From contig CAXXVU020000002.1 in assembly GCA_963662835.3 (NCBI GenBank), forward strand, positions 3,361,327-3,425,326: DNA of 64,000 nt. The letters are read 5' to 3'. The notes beneath the pieces were generated by a model. It worked only from the letters and a program-made list of their open reading frames with translations. It was not told the DNA's origin and ran no database searches. Shown here piece after piece: positions 11,158-23,066 of this stretch. Position 1 is the stretch's first letter, and each line of letters begins with the position of its first letter. Position numbers and translations under genes: made by a program. The DNA comes from Vicinamibacterales bacterium (GTDB lineage: Bacteria > Acidobacteriota > Vicinamibacteria > Vicinamibacterales > UBA8438).

Positions 11158-11323
11158 GAATGGAGACGATGAAGGCGCTCGTCTCTTTATCTGCGACCGG
11201 CTGACGCAGGTCGACCTCTCCCAGCGCATGCCATCGACGCGCATCATCCACGGTTCAGGGCCGATTCCTGCAGAACGCGTCGCCTATCCACTGGTAGCCG
11301 GCACCGTGCCACTGAGAGATTGC

Positions 11324-13086
<1,763 letters not shown>

Positions 13087-13194
13087 CCTCGGTGGGCGCC
13101 CAAATCCGGCCATTAGTGGGCGGCTGAAAACCGGCCATTTCCGATAGCGGCCCGAGACGTTGACGCCGGCCTGGAACACGACGTTCCTGCTGGC

Positions 13195-14787
13195 ATGAGC
13201 AACGTCTTGAAGGAAGAGAAACGACAACAGGTTCTCGCGCTGGGGCGCCTCGGCTGGTCGCTGCGGCGGATCGAAGAGGCCACCGGGGTCCGGCGCGAGA
13301 CCGCCAGCAGCTACCTGAAGGCAGCCGGCCTGACCGTGCGGGGTCGTGGCCGGCCTCCCGCTCGCCCGGCAAAACCGGCCATTTCGCCGGAGGCGCCCAC
13401 CGACTCTTTGCCGGTCACGGCCGCCGGCAAGGGCGCCGACGCCGACGCGCCCGTCCCCGCGCAGCGGCCCAGTCGAGCGCCACAGGCGAGCGCGTGCGAG
13501 CCGTACCGCGAGCTGATCGTCGACGCGCTCAGCCGCGGCCGCAACGCCATGGCCGTCTGGCAGGACCTGGTCGACGACCACGGTTTCCCGGCGAGCTATA
13601 CGAGCGTGCGGCGCTTCGTCTCGACCGTCCGGCAGCAGCCCGCCGTCGAGGCCCGGGCGGTCATCACCACGGACCGCGGAGAAGAAGCACAGGTTGACTA
13701 CGGGGAGGGGCCGATGGTCCGTGACCCGGACACCGGCAAGTACCGCCGGACACGGCTCTTCGTCCTCGCCCTGGGCTACTCGCGCAAGGCCGTCCGGCTG
13801 CTGGTTCACCGTTCCAGCGCACAGGTCTGGGCCGAGCTGCACGAGCGCGCGTTCCGTCGCCTGGGGGGCACCGTACGCGTCGTCGTCCTCGACAACCTCA
13901 AGGAGGGCGTCCTCACCCCGGACATCTACGACCCGACGCTGAATCCGCTCTATCGCGACGTGCTCGCCCACTACGGCGTCGTCGCCCTGCCGTGCCGCGT
14001 CCGCGATCCCGATCGGAAGGGCAAAGTCGAAGCCAGCGTCGGTCACGCCCAGAAAACGCCGCTGCGCGGTCTCCGCTTCGAGCATCTCGACGACGGCCAG
14101 GCGTACCTGGACCGCTGGGAGCAGCGCTGGGCCGACACCCGCATCCACGGTACGACCAAGCGCCAGGTCGCCGCCATGTTCGAGGAAGAACGCCCCGCGC
14201 TCGGCCCGTTGCCCCTCGAGCCGTTCCGCTACTACCAGTACGGCCGCCGCAGTGTGCATCTGGACGGTTGCGTCGAGGTAGCTTCGGCCTACTACTCGGC
14301 GCCGCCCGGCTGGATCGGTCGACGTGTCGACGTGCAGTGGGACGACATCCACGTCCGCCTCCTCGACCCGAGCAACGGCCAACTGCTGCGCGAGCACCTG
14401 CGCACGCAGCGCGGCTGGCATCGCATCGCCGACGACGACCGGCCCACCCGCACCCCGCCGAAGACCCTGGCCCTGCTCGCCGCCGCCAAGCGGGCCGGTC
14501 CCGCCATCTCCGCCGTCTGCGACCACATCCACCGCCATGAGGGCGCCGCCGGCGTCCGCCGCATCCTCGGCGTCCTCTCGCTCGCCAGGAAGCACAGTCC
14601 CGCCGTCGTCGAACACGCCGCCACCGCCGCGCTCGAACTCGGCGTGCCCACCTACCGCTTCCTGAAGCGCTACCTCGACCGCTACCCCGGCGCGCCGCCG
14701 CTGTCGTTGCGCCAAGTCGACCCGCTCATCCGCGAACTGACCGTCTACCGCGATCTGATCGACCGCAGAACAGGAGACCCTTCATGA
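13195..14787 (+). CDS. istA: IS21-family transposase IstA
   Basis: 530 aa. The N-terminal HTH is ...LALGRLGWSLRRIEEATGVRRETASSYLK. A DDE-core-like region follows (EEAQVDYGEG...). It overlaps istB with ATGA. Confidence 0.9.
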   Translation: MSNVLKEEKRQQVLALGRLGWSLRRIEEATGVRRETASSYLKAAGLTVRGRGRPPARPAKPAISPEAPTDSLPVTAAGKGADADAPVPAQRPSRAPQASACEPYRELIVDALSRGRNAMAVWQDLVDDHGFPASYTSVRRFVSTVRQQPAVEARAVITTDRGEEAQVDYGEGPMVRDPDTGKYRRTRLFVLALGYSRKAVRLLVHRSSAQVWAELHERAFRRLGGTVRVVVLDNLKEGVLTPDIYDPTLNPLYRDVLAHYGVVALPCRVRDPDRKGKVEASVGHAQKTPLRGLRFEHLDDGQAYLDRWEQRWADTRIHGTTKRQVAAMFEEERPALGPLPLEPFRYYQYGRRSVHLDGCVEVASAYYSAPPGWIGRRVDVQWDDIHVRLLDPSNGQLLREHLRTQRGWHRIADDDRPTRTPPKTLALLAAAKRAGPAISAVCDHIHRHEGAAGVRRILGVLSLARKHSPAVVEHAATAALELGVPTYRFLKRYLDRYPGAPPLSLRQVDPLIRELTVYRDLIDRRTGDPS

Positions 14788-15545
14788 ATCTCGTCGAACT
14801 CGACAAGGCGCTGCGCAAGCTGCGCCTCTCCGGCATGGCAAACGTCCTCGAGACGCGCCTGCTCCAGGCCCAGACCGAGCAGCTCGCCCCCATCGACCTG
14901 CTCGCCGCGCTCGTCTCCGACGAGCTCCAGCGCCGCGAGGACCGCCTGCTCGCCCGCCGGCACAAGCAGGCCCGATTCCGGGACCCGGACCGCTCGCTCG
15001 ACAGCTTCGACTTCGACTTCAACAAGAAGATCAACCGCGCGCTCGTCTTCGAGCTCGCCACCGCACGCTTCATCGCAAAGCGCGAGGACGTCCTCCTGAT
15101 CGGCCAACCCGGTACCGGGAAGAGTCACCTTGCCCAGGCCATCGGACGCGCCGCGATCCAGCAGGGCTATCGCGTCCTCTACCGGGAAACGCACGCCTTC
15201 CTCGAAGAACTCGCCGAGGCGACGCTGGCCGAGACCCGCAAGGAATACCTCGCCGAGCTGGCCCGTGCGCACCTGCTCATCATCGACGACCTCGGCATGC
15301 GCAAGCTGCCCCACACCGCCGCCGAGGACCTGCTCGAGCTCATCATGCGCCGCTACGAGCGGGCCTCGACGATGCTCACCTCCAACCGCCCGGTCGACGA
15401 GTGGGGGAAGCTGCTCGGCGACACCGCCGCGGTCACCGCGCTGCTCGACCGGCTCCTGCATCACGCGCACGTGCTCAAGTGCGGGCCGCGCAGCTGGCGC
15501 ACCCGCGTGCGGACCACCTTGGTAGAGTCGACGGGAGGTGCGTAA
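14784..15545 (+). CDS. istB: IS21-family helper ATPase IstB
   Basis: Walker A is LLIGQPGTGKSHLA, Walker B is LLIIDDLG, and the C-terminus ...LLDRLLHHAHVL is present. Length is 253 aa. Confidence 0.9.
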   Translation: MNLVELDKALRKLRLSGMANVLETRLLQAQTEQLAPIDLLAALVSDELQRREDRLLARRHKQARFRDPDRSLDSFDFDFNKKINRALVFELATARFIAKREDVLLIGQPGTGKSHLAQAIGRAAIQQGYRVLYRETHAFLEELAEATLAETRKEYLAELARAHLLIIDDLGMRKLPHTAAEDLLELIMRRYERASTMLTSNRPVDEWGKLLGDTAAVTALLDRLLHHAHVLKCGPRSWRTRVRTTLVESTGGA

Positions 15546-16089
15546 CCGGTGGGGAGTCGGTGGCGCATCCGGCGCTTTCGCACCGGGCCGCAGTCCGAAC
15601 ACAGCGGAGCGGAGGATTCGCGCGCGGCCGAGCGTCAACGCCCATCCGGACGTGGTCCGCGCGCGCGAGAGCGCCGCCTCCAGGCTCGCCTGGCGCAACA
15701 ACCGCCAGCGATCGTTTCCACGGGCACCGCGTGCGCCAGACGAGCCTTCCGCGACACTCGAGTGGTCGCTCGACGGAACGCCCTTTTCCCGCTCGTCGTC
15801 GTCGACCACACCCTCCGGCCCAGCCCGGCCGTTCCGTCTCGCGAGGGTAACCCGGCCGGGCATGACCAACACCGACGTCCGGCTCGGAACCTCTACCCGG
15901 GAGACCAGACCAGACAAGGCCCTCCCTCCGCTCGGAGCATTACCTCGCGCACGCTGTCGCGGACCAACGCGCACGCATACACCGATGCCGATGACAACCG
16001 AGCGGTGGGTCTGTCGCCACGCTTGCGCCTCGAACGCTCGGCCGACCGCCTCCTCCTCGCTCCGTTACGTAACGGTGCAGGATGGTCGT

Positions 16090-16381
16090 GTGGCGTTGAC
16101 GAACGCGGAACGGCAGGCACGTTATCGGGAGCGGCGCAAGGCCGGCGAATCCCGGATCCGGTACCGTCGGCCAGCGGACCGGAGTCGCGGCCACAGCAGT
16201 GGAACGACGCCGTGCAGACGCTCCTGGAGTTGCAGGAACAGTACCGGGAGTGGCGGGACGCGTTGCCGGAATCGCTGGCCGGCTCCGCGACTGCGGAGTT
16301 GCCCGAGCAGGTCTGCGATCTGGATCTGTCGGTACTGGAGGGGCTGTCGAGCTGCCCAGAGGCTTCGGGCGTGACGGCTAG
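16090..16381 (+). pseudogene. Frameshifted small passenger gene of the '...ELPRGFGRD' C-terminus family
   Basis: Three consecutive frames read VALTNAERQARYRERRKAG..., then ...RPQQWNDAVQTLLELQEQYREWRDALPESLAGSATAE...DLDLSVLEG, then VELPRGFGRDG*. This implies two frameshifts relative to recalled intact homologues. Confidence 0.4.
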
Positions 16382-16506
16382 CGCGCCGGCAAACACCTTG
16401 CCAACAGAGGACGCCGTGAAGTAGATCTCGACTCCAGTCTCGGGCCGTCGGAAATGGCCGGTTTTGAGGCGCCCATAAATGGCCGGTTTTGACCCGCTCA
16501 TTGAGG

Positions 16507-17460
16507 AACTTCGAGGACTTCGGGACGACGACCAACGGCAAGGTATCGGGCCGCGTCGGTTTCGTGCGCGGCAGCGTCAGCACCGGCTTCCGGGCCCCGA
16601 CCCCTGGCCAGCAGCACGGCGTCCACATCCAGAGCTGGTTCGACCCGACGGTCGGCGACCTGGTCAACAACGCGGTCATACCGTCGATTTCGCCGGTGGC
16701 GCTGCTGCGCGGCGGCGCCGCGCTCAAGCCCGAGAAGTCCATCAACTACACCGCCGGCGTGGTGTTCGATACCGGCCCGTTCACGCTGACGGCCGACTAC
16801 TTCCGCATCGACGTGTCGGACCGGCTCGGCATCACGAGCAACTTCGTCCTGACGCCCGCCGAGATTACCCAGGTCGTGGCCGGCGGATTCGAGGCAGCCC
16901 AGAGCGTGCGGAACTACCGGTTCTTCACCAACGCCTTCGGCACGACCTCGCAGGGCATCGACGTCGTCTCCACCTGGACGCCGCTCGCGCTGCGCGGAAA
17001 CACGGTCGTCAGCGCCGTCTTCAACCACACCGATACCGAGGTGACGGACAACGCCAAGGGTCTGCTCGATGGCCGGCGGCTCGCCGAGTACGCCTACGCG
17101 CTGCCGCGCACCCGCTGGAACGCCGGCGTCACGCAACGCGTGGGGCGGGCGAGCCTCCTCGGCCGCCTCAGCTACTACAGCGGCTGGTACGACTACGACA
17201 GCGGGCGCGGGACGGTATTCGATCCGTCGGGCGGCCTGGAACAGGGCTTCTTCGACGGCCGTCCGATCGTCGACCTGGAGCTGAGCGTCCCGCTCGGGCA
17301 GGGAACGACGCTGGCCGTCGGGGGGCAGAACGTCTTCGACACCTACTCGCAGGTCTCCGTCATCGCGAACGCCTTTGGCGAGCAGTACAGCGAGTACATG
17401 CCCTGGGGCTACAGCGGCGCCTACTACTACGTGCGCATCGGTTACGACTGGGGCGGCTGA
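16507..17460 (+). pseudogene. TonB-dependent receptor, 3' part
   Basis: It resumes as NFEDFGTTTNGKVS...TGFRAPTPGQQ... and ends ...YYYVRIGYDWGG*, with an aromatic-rich beta-barrel C-terminus. Joining it to 11324-13086 minus one TSD copy restores ...VRIENFEDFG... Confidence 0.85.
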
Positions 17461-17556
17461 GGTTCCGCGCCGGACCGTCTGTCGTGTTCTCCCGCTGAAA
17501 GGAGTGGTTTCATGAGCGACCCTCGACGAGGGCCGGCGTCGGATTCCCGCCTCCGC

Positions 17557-19160
17557 TAGGAGTCTGCGCCGCAGGACGTTTGCGGCAGGAAATGGGTCGC
17601 CAGCCCACGCCCTGAGCTCCGTGTCGGGGCGGCTTCGCCAGTCGGCCGGGCGGGGTGGATTTTCGGTGGTTGGCGAACAGAGAGCAAAATTCGGTCCTCG
17701 CGGGCCGCACGGGCCGCCAGAAACCGCGGTGCGCGTCGATTTGCCGCCGTGGCGAGCCGCATTCCCCGCATCCTACGCCGCCATCAGCACGTGCAGGCGC
17801 TTGACGTTCAACGCCAGGCACACCAAGTCCCACTCGCAGCGCACCTTCGCCAGTCCACGCAGACTGAAGCGCCGGAAGCCCAGCGCGTGCTTGATCCAAC
17901 CGTAGGGAGCCTCCGACAACCACTTGCGCTCCGCATACGCTGTCCGGCCCGCCGGCGTCGCCAGCTTCTCCCTCATGCGACCCGTCGCCGGATGGGCCTC
18001 CAGATCGCGGGTAGCCGCCTGCTTGCCCTCCCGGCCCGGCGCCACATACCCGTCAATGCGCCGCCGCTCCAGGTCCTTCAGGTCCCGCTCGTTGCAGTAC
18101 CCCGCATCGGCCAGCACCGTCTCCGGCTGCGCGTCGAACGTCTCCTTCACCGCGTCGAGCAACACCGGCAACTCACCCTGGTCGCTCGCGTTCGCCGTCA
18201 GATCCGTCGCCACCACCAACTGGTGCTCCGCGTCCACCGCCGCCTGCGCGTTGTAGCACTGCTGGAACCCCTCACTGCTCGTCTTCATGATCGAGCTCTC
18301 CGGGTCCGTGAAGTTGCTCTGCGCCTTGTCGTCCGGCTCGCCATACGCCCGCTTGTACGGCGGACCGCCCCTCGGGTTCCGGTCCTGACCCGGCTGCCGA
18401 CCCCGCGCGTCGTCCGCCGCCCGTTGCTTCGCTTCCAGGCGCGCCTTCGCCGCGCGAATCGCTGCCAGACGTGCTTCCCGCCGGCGCAACTCCGCCGGCA
18501 GATCATCGCCCCGAACCTCCGACCCCAGGCGTGCGTCCTCGGCCTCGTCAACCGCATCCACCTGACGCAACAGCGCCTCGATCTCGCTTGCCAGCCGCTG
18601 TTCCTCTTCCTGCATCCGGTCGTAGCTCATCGCCTTGTGCTTGCTCGCGTTCGCACGCACCTTCGTCCCGTCGATAGACAGCTTCCCCAAGCGCGCCAGA
18701 CCCAACTCCTGCGCCAGACGGACCACCTCCACGAACAGCGCCTGGAAATCCTCCAGGTGCCGACGCCGAAACTCGCACAGCGTCCGATGTTGCGGAAAGT
18801 TCCCCGCCGCCAGCACCCGGAACGCCACGTCCTCTTCCAGCTTCCGCGCCACCCGGCGCGACGAGAACACCCCGGTCGCGTACGCGTAGAGCAGAACCTT
18901 CACCATCATCCGGGGCTCATACGGCGCGTTGCGGCGGCCGTCTCCCTCGTACGGCGCGTAAAACGCCGTCAGATCCAGATCGTCCACCAGATCGCTGATG
19001 TGGTGCGCCAAGTGGCCCTCGGGCAGCCACTCCCGCACGTCGGGCGGCAACAGCAGTGACTGGTCCGGCACGTAGGGGCGGAATGTCGTCGACATCGAAT
19101 CCTTCCGTCGTCGGCTCGCCTACAATTGTCGCATCTGTTTTTCTGCGGCGCAGACTCCTA
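17557..19160 (-). mobile_element. IS1182-family (IS5-like) insertion sequence with 8-bp target duplication
   Basis: The ~20-bp terminal inverted repeat is TAGGAGTCTGCGCCGCAG. The direct repeat GCCTCCGC lies at 17549-17556 and 19161-19168. Confidence 0.8.
17773..19095 (-). CDS. IS1182/IS5-family DDE transposase
   Basis: 440 aa. MSTTFRPYVPDQSLLLPPDVREWLPEGHLAHHISDLVDDLDL...YEPRMMVKVLLYAYATGVFSSR is the typical N-terminal domain. A C-terminal DDE region follows (...LADAGYCNE...). Confidence 0.9.
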   Translation of the reverse strand: MSTTFRPYVPDQSLLLPPDVREWLPEGHLAHHISDLVDDLDLTAFYAPYEGDGRRNAPYEPRMMVKVLLYAYATGVFSSRRVARKLEEDVAFRVLAAGNFPQHRTLCEFRRRHLEDFQALFVEVVRLAQELGLARLGKLSIDGTKVRANASKHKAMSYDRMQEEEQRLASEIEALLRQVDAVDEAEDARLGSEVRGDDLPAELRRREARLAAIRAAKARLEAKQRAADDARGRQPGQDRNPRGGPPYKRAYGEPDDKAQSNFTDPESSIMKTSSEGFQQCYNAQAAVDAEHQLVVATDLTANASDQGELPVLLDAVKETFDAQPETVLADAGYCNERDLKDLERRRIDGYVAPGREGKQAATRDLEAHPATGRMREKLATPAGRTAYAERKWLSEAPYGWIKHALGFRRFSLRGLAKVRCEWDLVCLALNVKRLHVLMAA

Positions 19161-19198
19161 GCCTCCGCTATGCCGTCGACGAAACGCCCTCGGAAGGG

Positions 19199-19490
19199 TT
19201 GACCCTCGGCCTCAGCCTGCAGGTCGCCACCGTCATCCTGACCGGCATCATCCTCATTCGCCACGACCGGGATGCTGAACTGGACGCCGGTCGCCGACGC
19301 CGCCTGGTTCGGGTTGCCCCGGAGCGGCTGGCCCGGGCTGGACCTCTCGTTCGACGCGCGGTTTCTGGGCCTCCTCGTCCCGTTCGTCATCGTCACCATC
19401 ATCGGCGCCATCGAGACCTACGGCCACGCTATCGCGATACAACGGGTCTCGCACCGCACCGCGGCGCCGGTGGACGGGGCGCACCGGATC
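19199..19490 (+). pseudogene. Frameshifted fragment of a membrane permease (possibly the NCS2/xanthine-uracil family)
   Basis: The hydrophobic segments ...GLSLQVATVILTGIIL and ...FLGLLVPFVIVTIIGAIETYGHAIAIQRV lie in two frames. There is no start and no full-length ORF. Confidence 0.3.
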
Positions 19491-19496
19491 ATCAGC

Positions 19497-19766
19497 ATGA
19501 GGAAGCCAATGAACGGGAACGAACGCTCTACGGCCCACGGTTCTGAACCGGACATCGCTCCGGATCTTTCCACCGATGGCTGGCCGGAGAAGTTCGCTCG
19601 GGCGACCGTTCGCCGGGGCCGGCCACCGAGCGCCAATCCGAAGGTGTCGACCACCATCCGCCTGTCGCGGGACGTGATCGAGCACTTCCGGGCGGGTGGT
19701 CGCGGATGGCAGACGCGCATCGACGCGGCCCTTCGCGAATGGATCGCGAAACACGACGTCGCTTGA
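19497..19766 (+). CDS. brnA: BrnA-like antitoxin with no adjacent BrnT
   Basis: ...RGRPPSANPKVSTTIRLSRDVIEHFRAGGRGWQTRIDAALREWIAKH matches the recalled BrnA signature (GRP...K..VS.RL..DV...F.A.G.GYQTRIN..LR). Confidence 0.55.
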   Translation: MRKPMNGNERSTAHGSEPDIAPDLSTDGWPEKFARATVRRGRPPSANPKVSTTIRLSRDVIEHFRAGGRGWQTRIDAALREWIAKHDVA

Positions 19767-20089
19767 ACGTTCTGAGGAGAGGTGCGGTCGAGCCGGATAG
19801 TTCCCAGACTGGGGCTTGGTACATCAAGAGTGTAGTGGCCGCGGGTGGCGATGACGCGCTCGTGGAGGCATCCCACATCATCAGCTGCCTGCAGGAACAC
19901 GAACGCCAGCTCTGGCTGCAGCTCACCGCCGCCTGCACCCTGCGCAACGGGGATGCACCGCAGGTTGGGTTCGGGTCAGAGCAGGAAGTGGCGAAGAGCT
20001 GCCCAGAGGCTTCGGGCGTGACGGCGAGCGCGCCGGCAAACACGTTGCCAACAGAGGACGCCTTGAAGTAAATCAGAAGGAACCGAGCC

Positions 20090-20554
20090 ATGGAGAGAAG
20101 AACAGGAAGCGAGGGGGACCAGCGCGAACTGCTCGCATGGGTTCAACGGGAAACCGAGCGGCGCAACCGCGAAGAAGACCCAGAACGGCCGGCACGACTG
20201 CGCCCACTCGAGGACTTCAAGGACGAGTACGCCGACCCGACGAAGTACAAGACGGTCGATCAGAAGCGGGTGGGCCGAAAATCGGCAACCATCGAGGGAA
20301 TGATCGTCAGCGAGTGCTGCGGGTGGCCGAAACGACCGACGAGCGAAGAGGTCTACGAAGCCATGCGGGCGGAGAGTCCGACAAATCGGCAACACGCAAT
20401 AATCCAGATGGTGCTGCGAGCCGAGTTCGAGACCCTGTTCGGGGGCTGGATGGAGGCCGCATTCACGTGGCGGCAGATAGCCCGGGCGATGGGAAGAAGA
20501 TCATGGCAGAATCCGGAACAGATTCACGAAATCAACACGACCGCGAGCAGCTGA
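20090..20554 (+). CDS. Hypothetical protein (154 aa), a possible partner of the downstream nucleotidyltransferase-like gene
   Basis: ATG start with balanced composition. It overlaps the next ORF by ~50 nt. A possible HTH-like segment is FTWRQIARAMGRR. Confidence 0.35.
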   Translation: MERRTGSEGDQRELLAWVQRETERRNREEDPERPARLRPLEDFKDEYADPTKYKTVDQKRVGRKSATIEGMIVSECCGWPKRPTSEEVYEAMRAESPTNRQHAIIQMVLRAEFETLFGGWMEAAFTWRQIARAMGRRSWQNPEQIHEINTTASS

Positions 20555-21318
20555 AGCTGCCCGAACCGGCGGCCGGACTCTGGAAACGAATCCGGGCTAC
20601 GGTCCACGAACTCGGCAGCCGACGCGGTGAGCGAATCGAGCCGCACATCGGCGGGGGCACGACGCTGGCGGCACGGTGGGGACACCGTGCGAGCGCGGAC
20701 ATCGACATCACTCTGCCGGGAGACCCGAGTTTGGCGGACCTGGCGCGCGACGACGATCACAACCTGGCGCGCCGGATCGGGGGCGAGCCCAAGATCGAAA
20801 ACGGCGACGAGATCAAGGTCCAATGCAGTGACGGCGTGTTGCACCTGGCCCGGCTGCAACCGTGCGCGCGAGGCGCCGAGCAGCAGGTAATCGCGGACGG
20901 AGAGGTCGAAACCGTCCTGTCGAACACTCAGATCCTCCACGGAAAGCTGAGACGAGGACTGATAGCAGGTCACGCTCCCGGACAAGCATTTCGACCCGAA
21001 CTGGAAACCATTGGGGCAACTGCTGGCAGACCGGCGCGACGCCCGCGACGCCACACGCAAGGCAATGCTCGATCACCCTGCGAAGCTCGAAACACAGGGC
21101 GGAGCGAACGCGCCGGCCGACGCGAAGCGGCCGGCACCGGCGACACTGCCAAGAGAAGACGGGCGGGCACCGACGCGGACGAAGCCGGAGTAGCAAGCGG
21201 AAAGGCTACCGACGCCGAGGCGACGCTTCGCGCGGATCAGCCGTCGGCCGGCGAGTCAACGATCCAGGCGTCCGCCCGCGGGATCGCCGAGCCTGCACCG
21301 CATGTTCTCCCACCTTGA
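20503..21318 (+). CDS. Nucleotidyltransferase-like protein (AbiEii/MNT-like). The C-terminal half is probably frameshifted.
   Basis: IGGGTTLAARWGHRASADIDITL fits the G[GS]x9-13DxD NTase motif. After ~20960 the frame becomes R/A/G-rich. An alternative frame (21011-21193) looks more protein-like. Confidence 0.4.
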   Translation: MAESGTDSRNQHDREQLKLPEPAAGLWKRIRATVHELGSRRGERIEPHIGGGTTLAARWGHRASADIDITLPGDPSLADLARDDDHNLARRIGGEPKIENGDEIKVQCSDGVLHLARLQPCARGAEQQVIADGEVETVLSNTQILHGKLRRGLIAGHAPGQAFRPELETIGATAGRPARRPRRHTQGNARSPCEARNTGRSERAGRREAAGTGDTAKRRRAGTDADEAGVASGKATDAEATLRADQPSAGESTIQASARGIAEPAPHVLPP

Positions 21319-21697
21319 CGGCGGCAGTCCCGCCCGCGTCATGCGGTCGAAAACGTGGCGAAGGTCTCACACGTATAGCTCCATTGGAGATGCTCACCGA
21401 GCAGCAGTTCGCGGCCCTTCGCTCGGAACTGGGTTCCAACCGCGTGGCGAAGGCCATGACCCTGGCGGGAGTGACGCAGGTGACCCTCGCGAAGGCGCTC
21501 CGCCTGACGGTATAGGACCACGGAATGAGCACGAGCAGGGCAGGGTCGGCCACGGCGTGTGCCGATCCAGCGCCGACCCGTACCGGCCGTTCATCGGCGA
21601 CATCCTGGCGCAGCGCCCCTGTCTGTGCGACGGCCGTCGATATGCGGATTGGCCTGTCATGGCGGACGGCAGCCGTCATGGGCTACCCTGAAGAACC

Positions 21698-22021
21698 GTG
21701 TCCACGCCGACTCTGCCGGAACTCATCGAGCGGGCGCCGTGGCGGGAGGCCGTGACATGGCGGGAGACGTGGCCACACGAATACGTCTTCGTCAGACGCG
21801 ACAATCAGCGTCCGTTGATGGAAGCCATTTGCAGGCGCCTCACCGCTGGCGAGGGCGTCGACGGCCGATTCTACGGCAGATCGTCCGTCTATCTCTTCAT
21901 CGCGGAACACAAGTACTGGGTCATGACCCCTTGCGCCGAGATGGACCTCGATTCCCGGGAGGACTACATCATCAATCGGGCGCGTCTGTACCGGGATCGG
22001 CGGGACTTTGTCGCCGAGTAG
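21698..22021 (+). CDS. Hypothetical protein (107 aa)
   Basis: GTG start. The composition is non-biased (W, Y, F, E, D rich), unlike the shadow ORFs. I cannot name a family. Confidence 0.45.
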   Translation: MSTPTLPELIERAPWREAVTWRETWPHEYVFVRRDNQRPLMEAICRRLTAGEGVDGRFYGRSSVYLFIAEHKYWVMTPCAEMDLDSREDYIINRARLYRDRRDFVAE

Positions 22022-22811
22022 GGAGTATCGACCATGAGTCTGCTCGGGTACCTCATTCCCCGAATCGCTTCGAGCGGCGAGGGAGCCGGCTGCGACTCTG
22101 GCACTCGCCTACCTCCTCAACGCGTCGACGGACATCGCCCAAGCGTTCGTTGACACGGTGGGCCAGTCCGGCATTGCGGCGTTCACGCCGGGCCGGATAG
22201 TTGCCGAAGAGCCATGGATACACTTCAGCGGGTCGGTACCTGCTCCTGCATGCGAGGTTCGGCGTCTGGCTAGGCGTCGATCCGCTGTCGGCCTACAGGA
22301 AGCCGTGTGTTGCTGACCGACTTCGTGGCGACGTGATGCGCTCCGTGCATCACCGCGCGCCGGAGCTTCGCGAGCTGGTCGCCGACCGGCCGGCCGGGGC
22401 AGACCGTCCTGTGCGCAGCGCCCCCGTCACCGAGGCCGATTGCCTCCACATCCTCGCCGACAGCGACGGCAGCAACGGCTGCACGCCGCGCTCGTCGTCG
22501 TCCGGGTAGCCGGTTGCCGCCGCGATCTCGGGGACGCCGTCCGGGTGCGTTTCGGGGACCTGCCGTCTCGACCAACCTCCTGCATGATTCTGAGGAGCTG
22601 GACCGGTGCGATGCCGGCCATGAGACGTCGGGCGCGGCGGTTCACGTCATTCGCTCGCACGGACACTGCCGTGCCCGCAAGCAGGGAGGTGGCCGATGCT
22701 CAAACGCCAAGGGATCGGGATCTGCACCCTATGTGCACCCTACACGAGTAGAGGCCACGGAAGCAGAACCCGGCTTGCGCTCGTAAGTATCTGACAAATA
22801 AGGAGAAAATC

Positions 22812-22858
22812 TGGAGCCGGCGAGCGGACTCGAACCGCTGACCTGCTGATTACGAAGC
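22812..22858 (-). pseudogene. Partial tRNA (3' half from the anticodon loop to CCA, consistent with tRNA-Thr CGT), a likely att remnant
   Basis: The reverse complement reads ...TTCGTAATCAGCAGGTCAGCGGTTCGAGTCCGCTCGCCGGCTCCA, showing a T-arm, a 3' acceptor strand and CCA. No D-arm or 5' acceptor strand lies upstream. Confidence 0.5.
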
Positions 22859-23066
22859 AACCCCGTGGGGAAGCTGCCAGAGCGTCCTGATCCTTGCCGC
22901 AGCACCCGGGCGACGGGTCGAGCGCGGGGTGTGGGCGCCGTCCTTGAGGACCAGCTCAGAAGAGAACCTCCGTGAGTGCTGACTCAGTGCTGACCCAGTG
23001 ATTCTGGCGATCTTCCGAGAGCCCCGACGGATTCACGCCAAGTCATTGTTTTTGTTTGGTTTGAGT

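Larger units (their letters stand above)
13087..16506 (+). mobile_element. IS21-family element number 2 (istA, istB and ~960 bp of decayed passenger DNA) with an 8-bp target duplication
   Basis: AACTTCGA is found at 13079-13086 and 16507-16514. The imperfect termini are CCTCGGTGGGCG / CCTCAATGAGCG (reverse complement). The repeat 'aaaaccggccattt' is subterminal at both ends, with a third copy at ~13371. Confidence 0.8.

Noticed and set aside
11158-11323. Riboswitch (cobalamin or TPP) in the ~170-nt leader of the TonB-dependent receptor. 'gccactg' and 'ctgagag' caught my eye.
   Set aside because: Only isolated short matches are present. The B12 box / 'GGGAA...AATCC' core and the TPP 'ACCTGATCTGGATAATGCCAGCG' half are absent. 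The call cannot be supported without cmscan (RF00174, RF00059), which would be the decisive test.
22270-22666. Possible integrase C-terminus next to the orphan tRNA fragments (...RRLMAGIAPVQLLRIMQEVG...).
   Set aside because: The resemblance to the integrase '...L..AG......Q.LLGH' box is weak. No RHxxR or catalytic Tyr context is visible, and the frames are broken. Evidence is insufficient.
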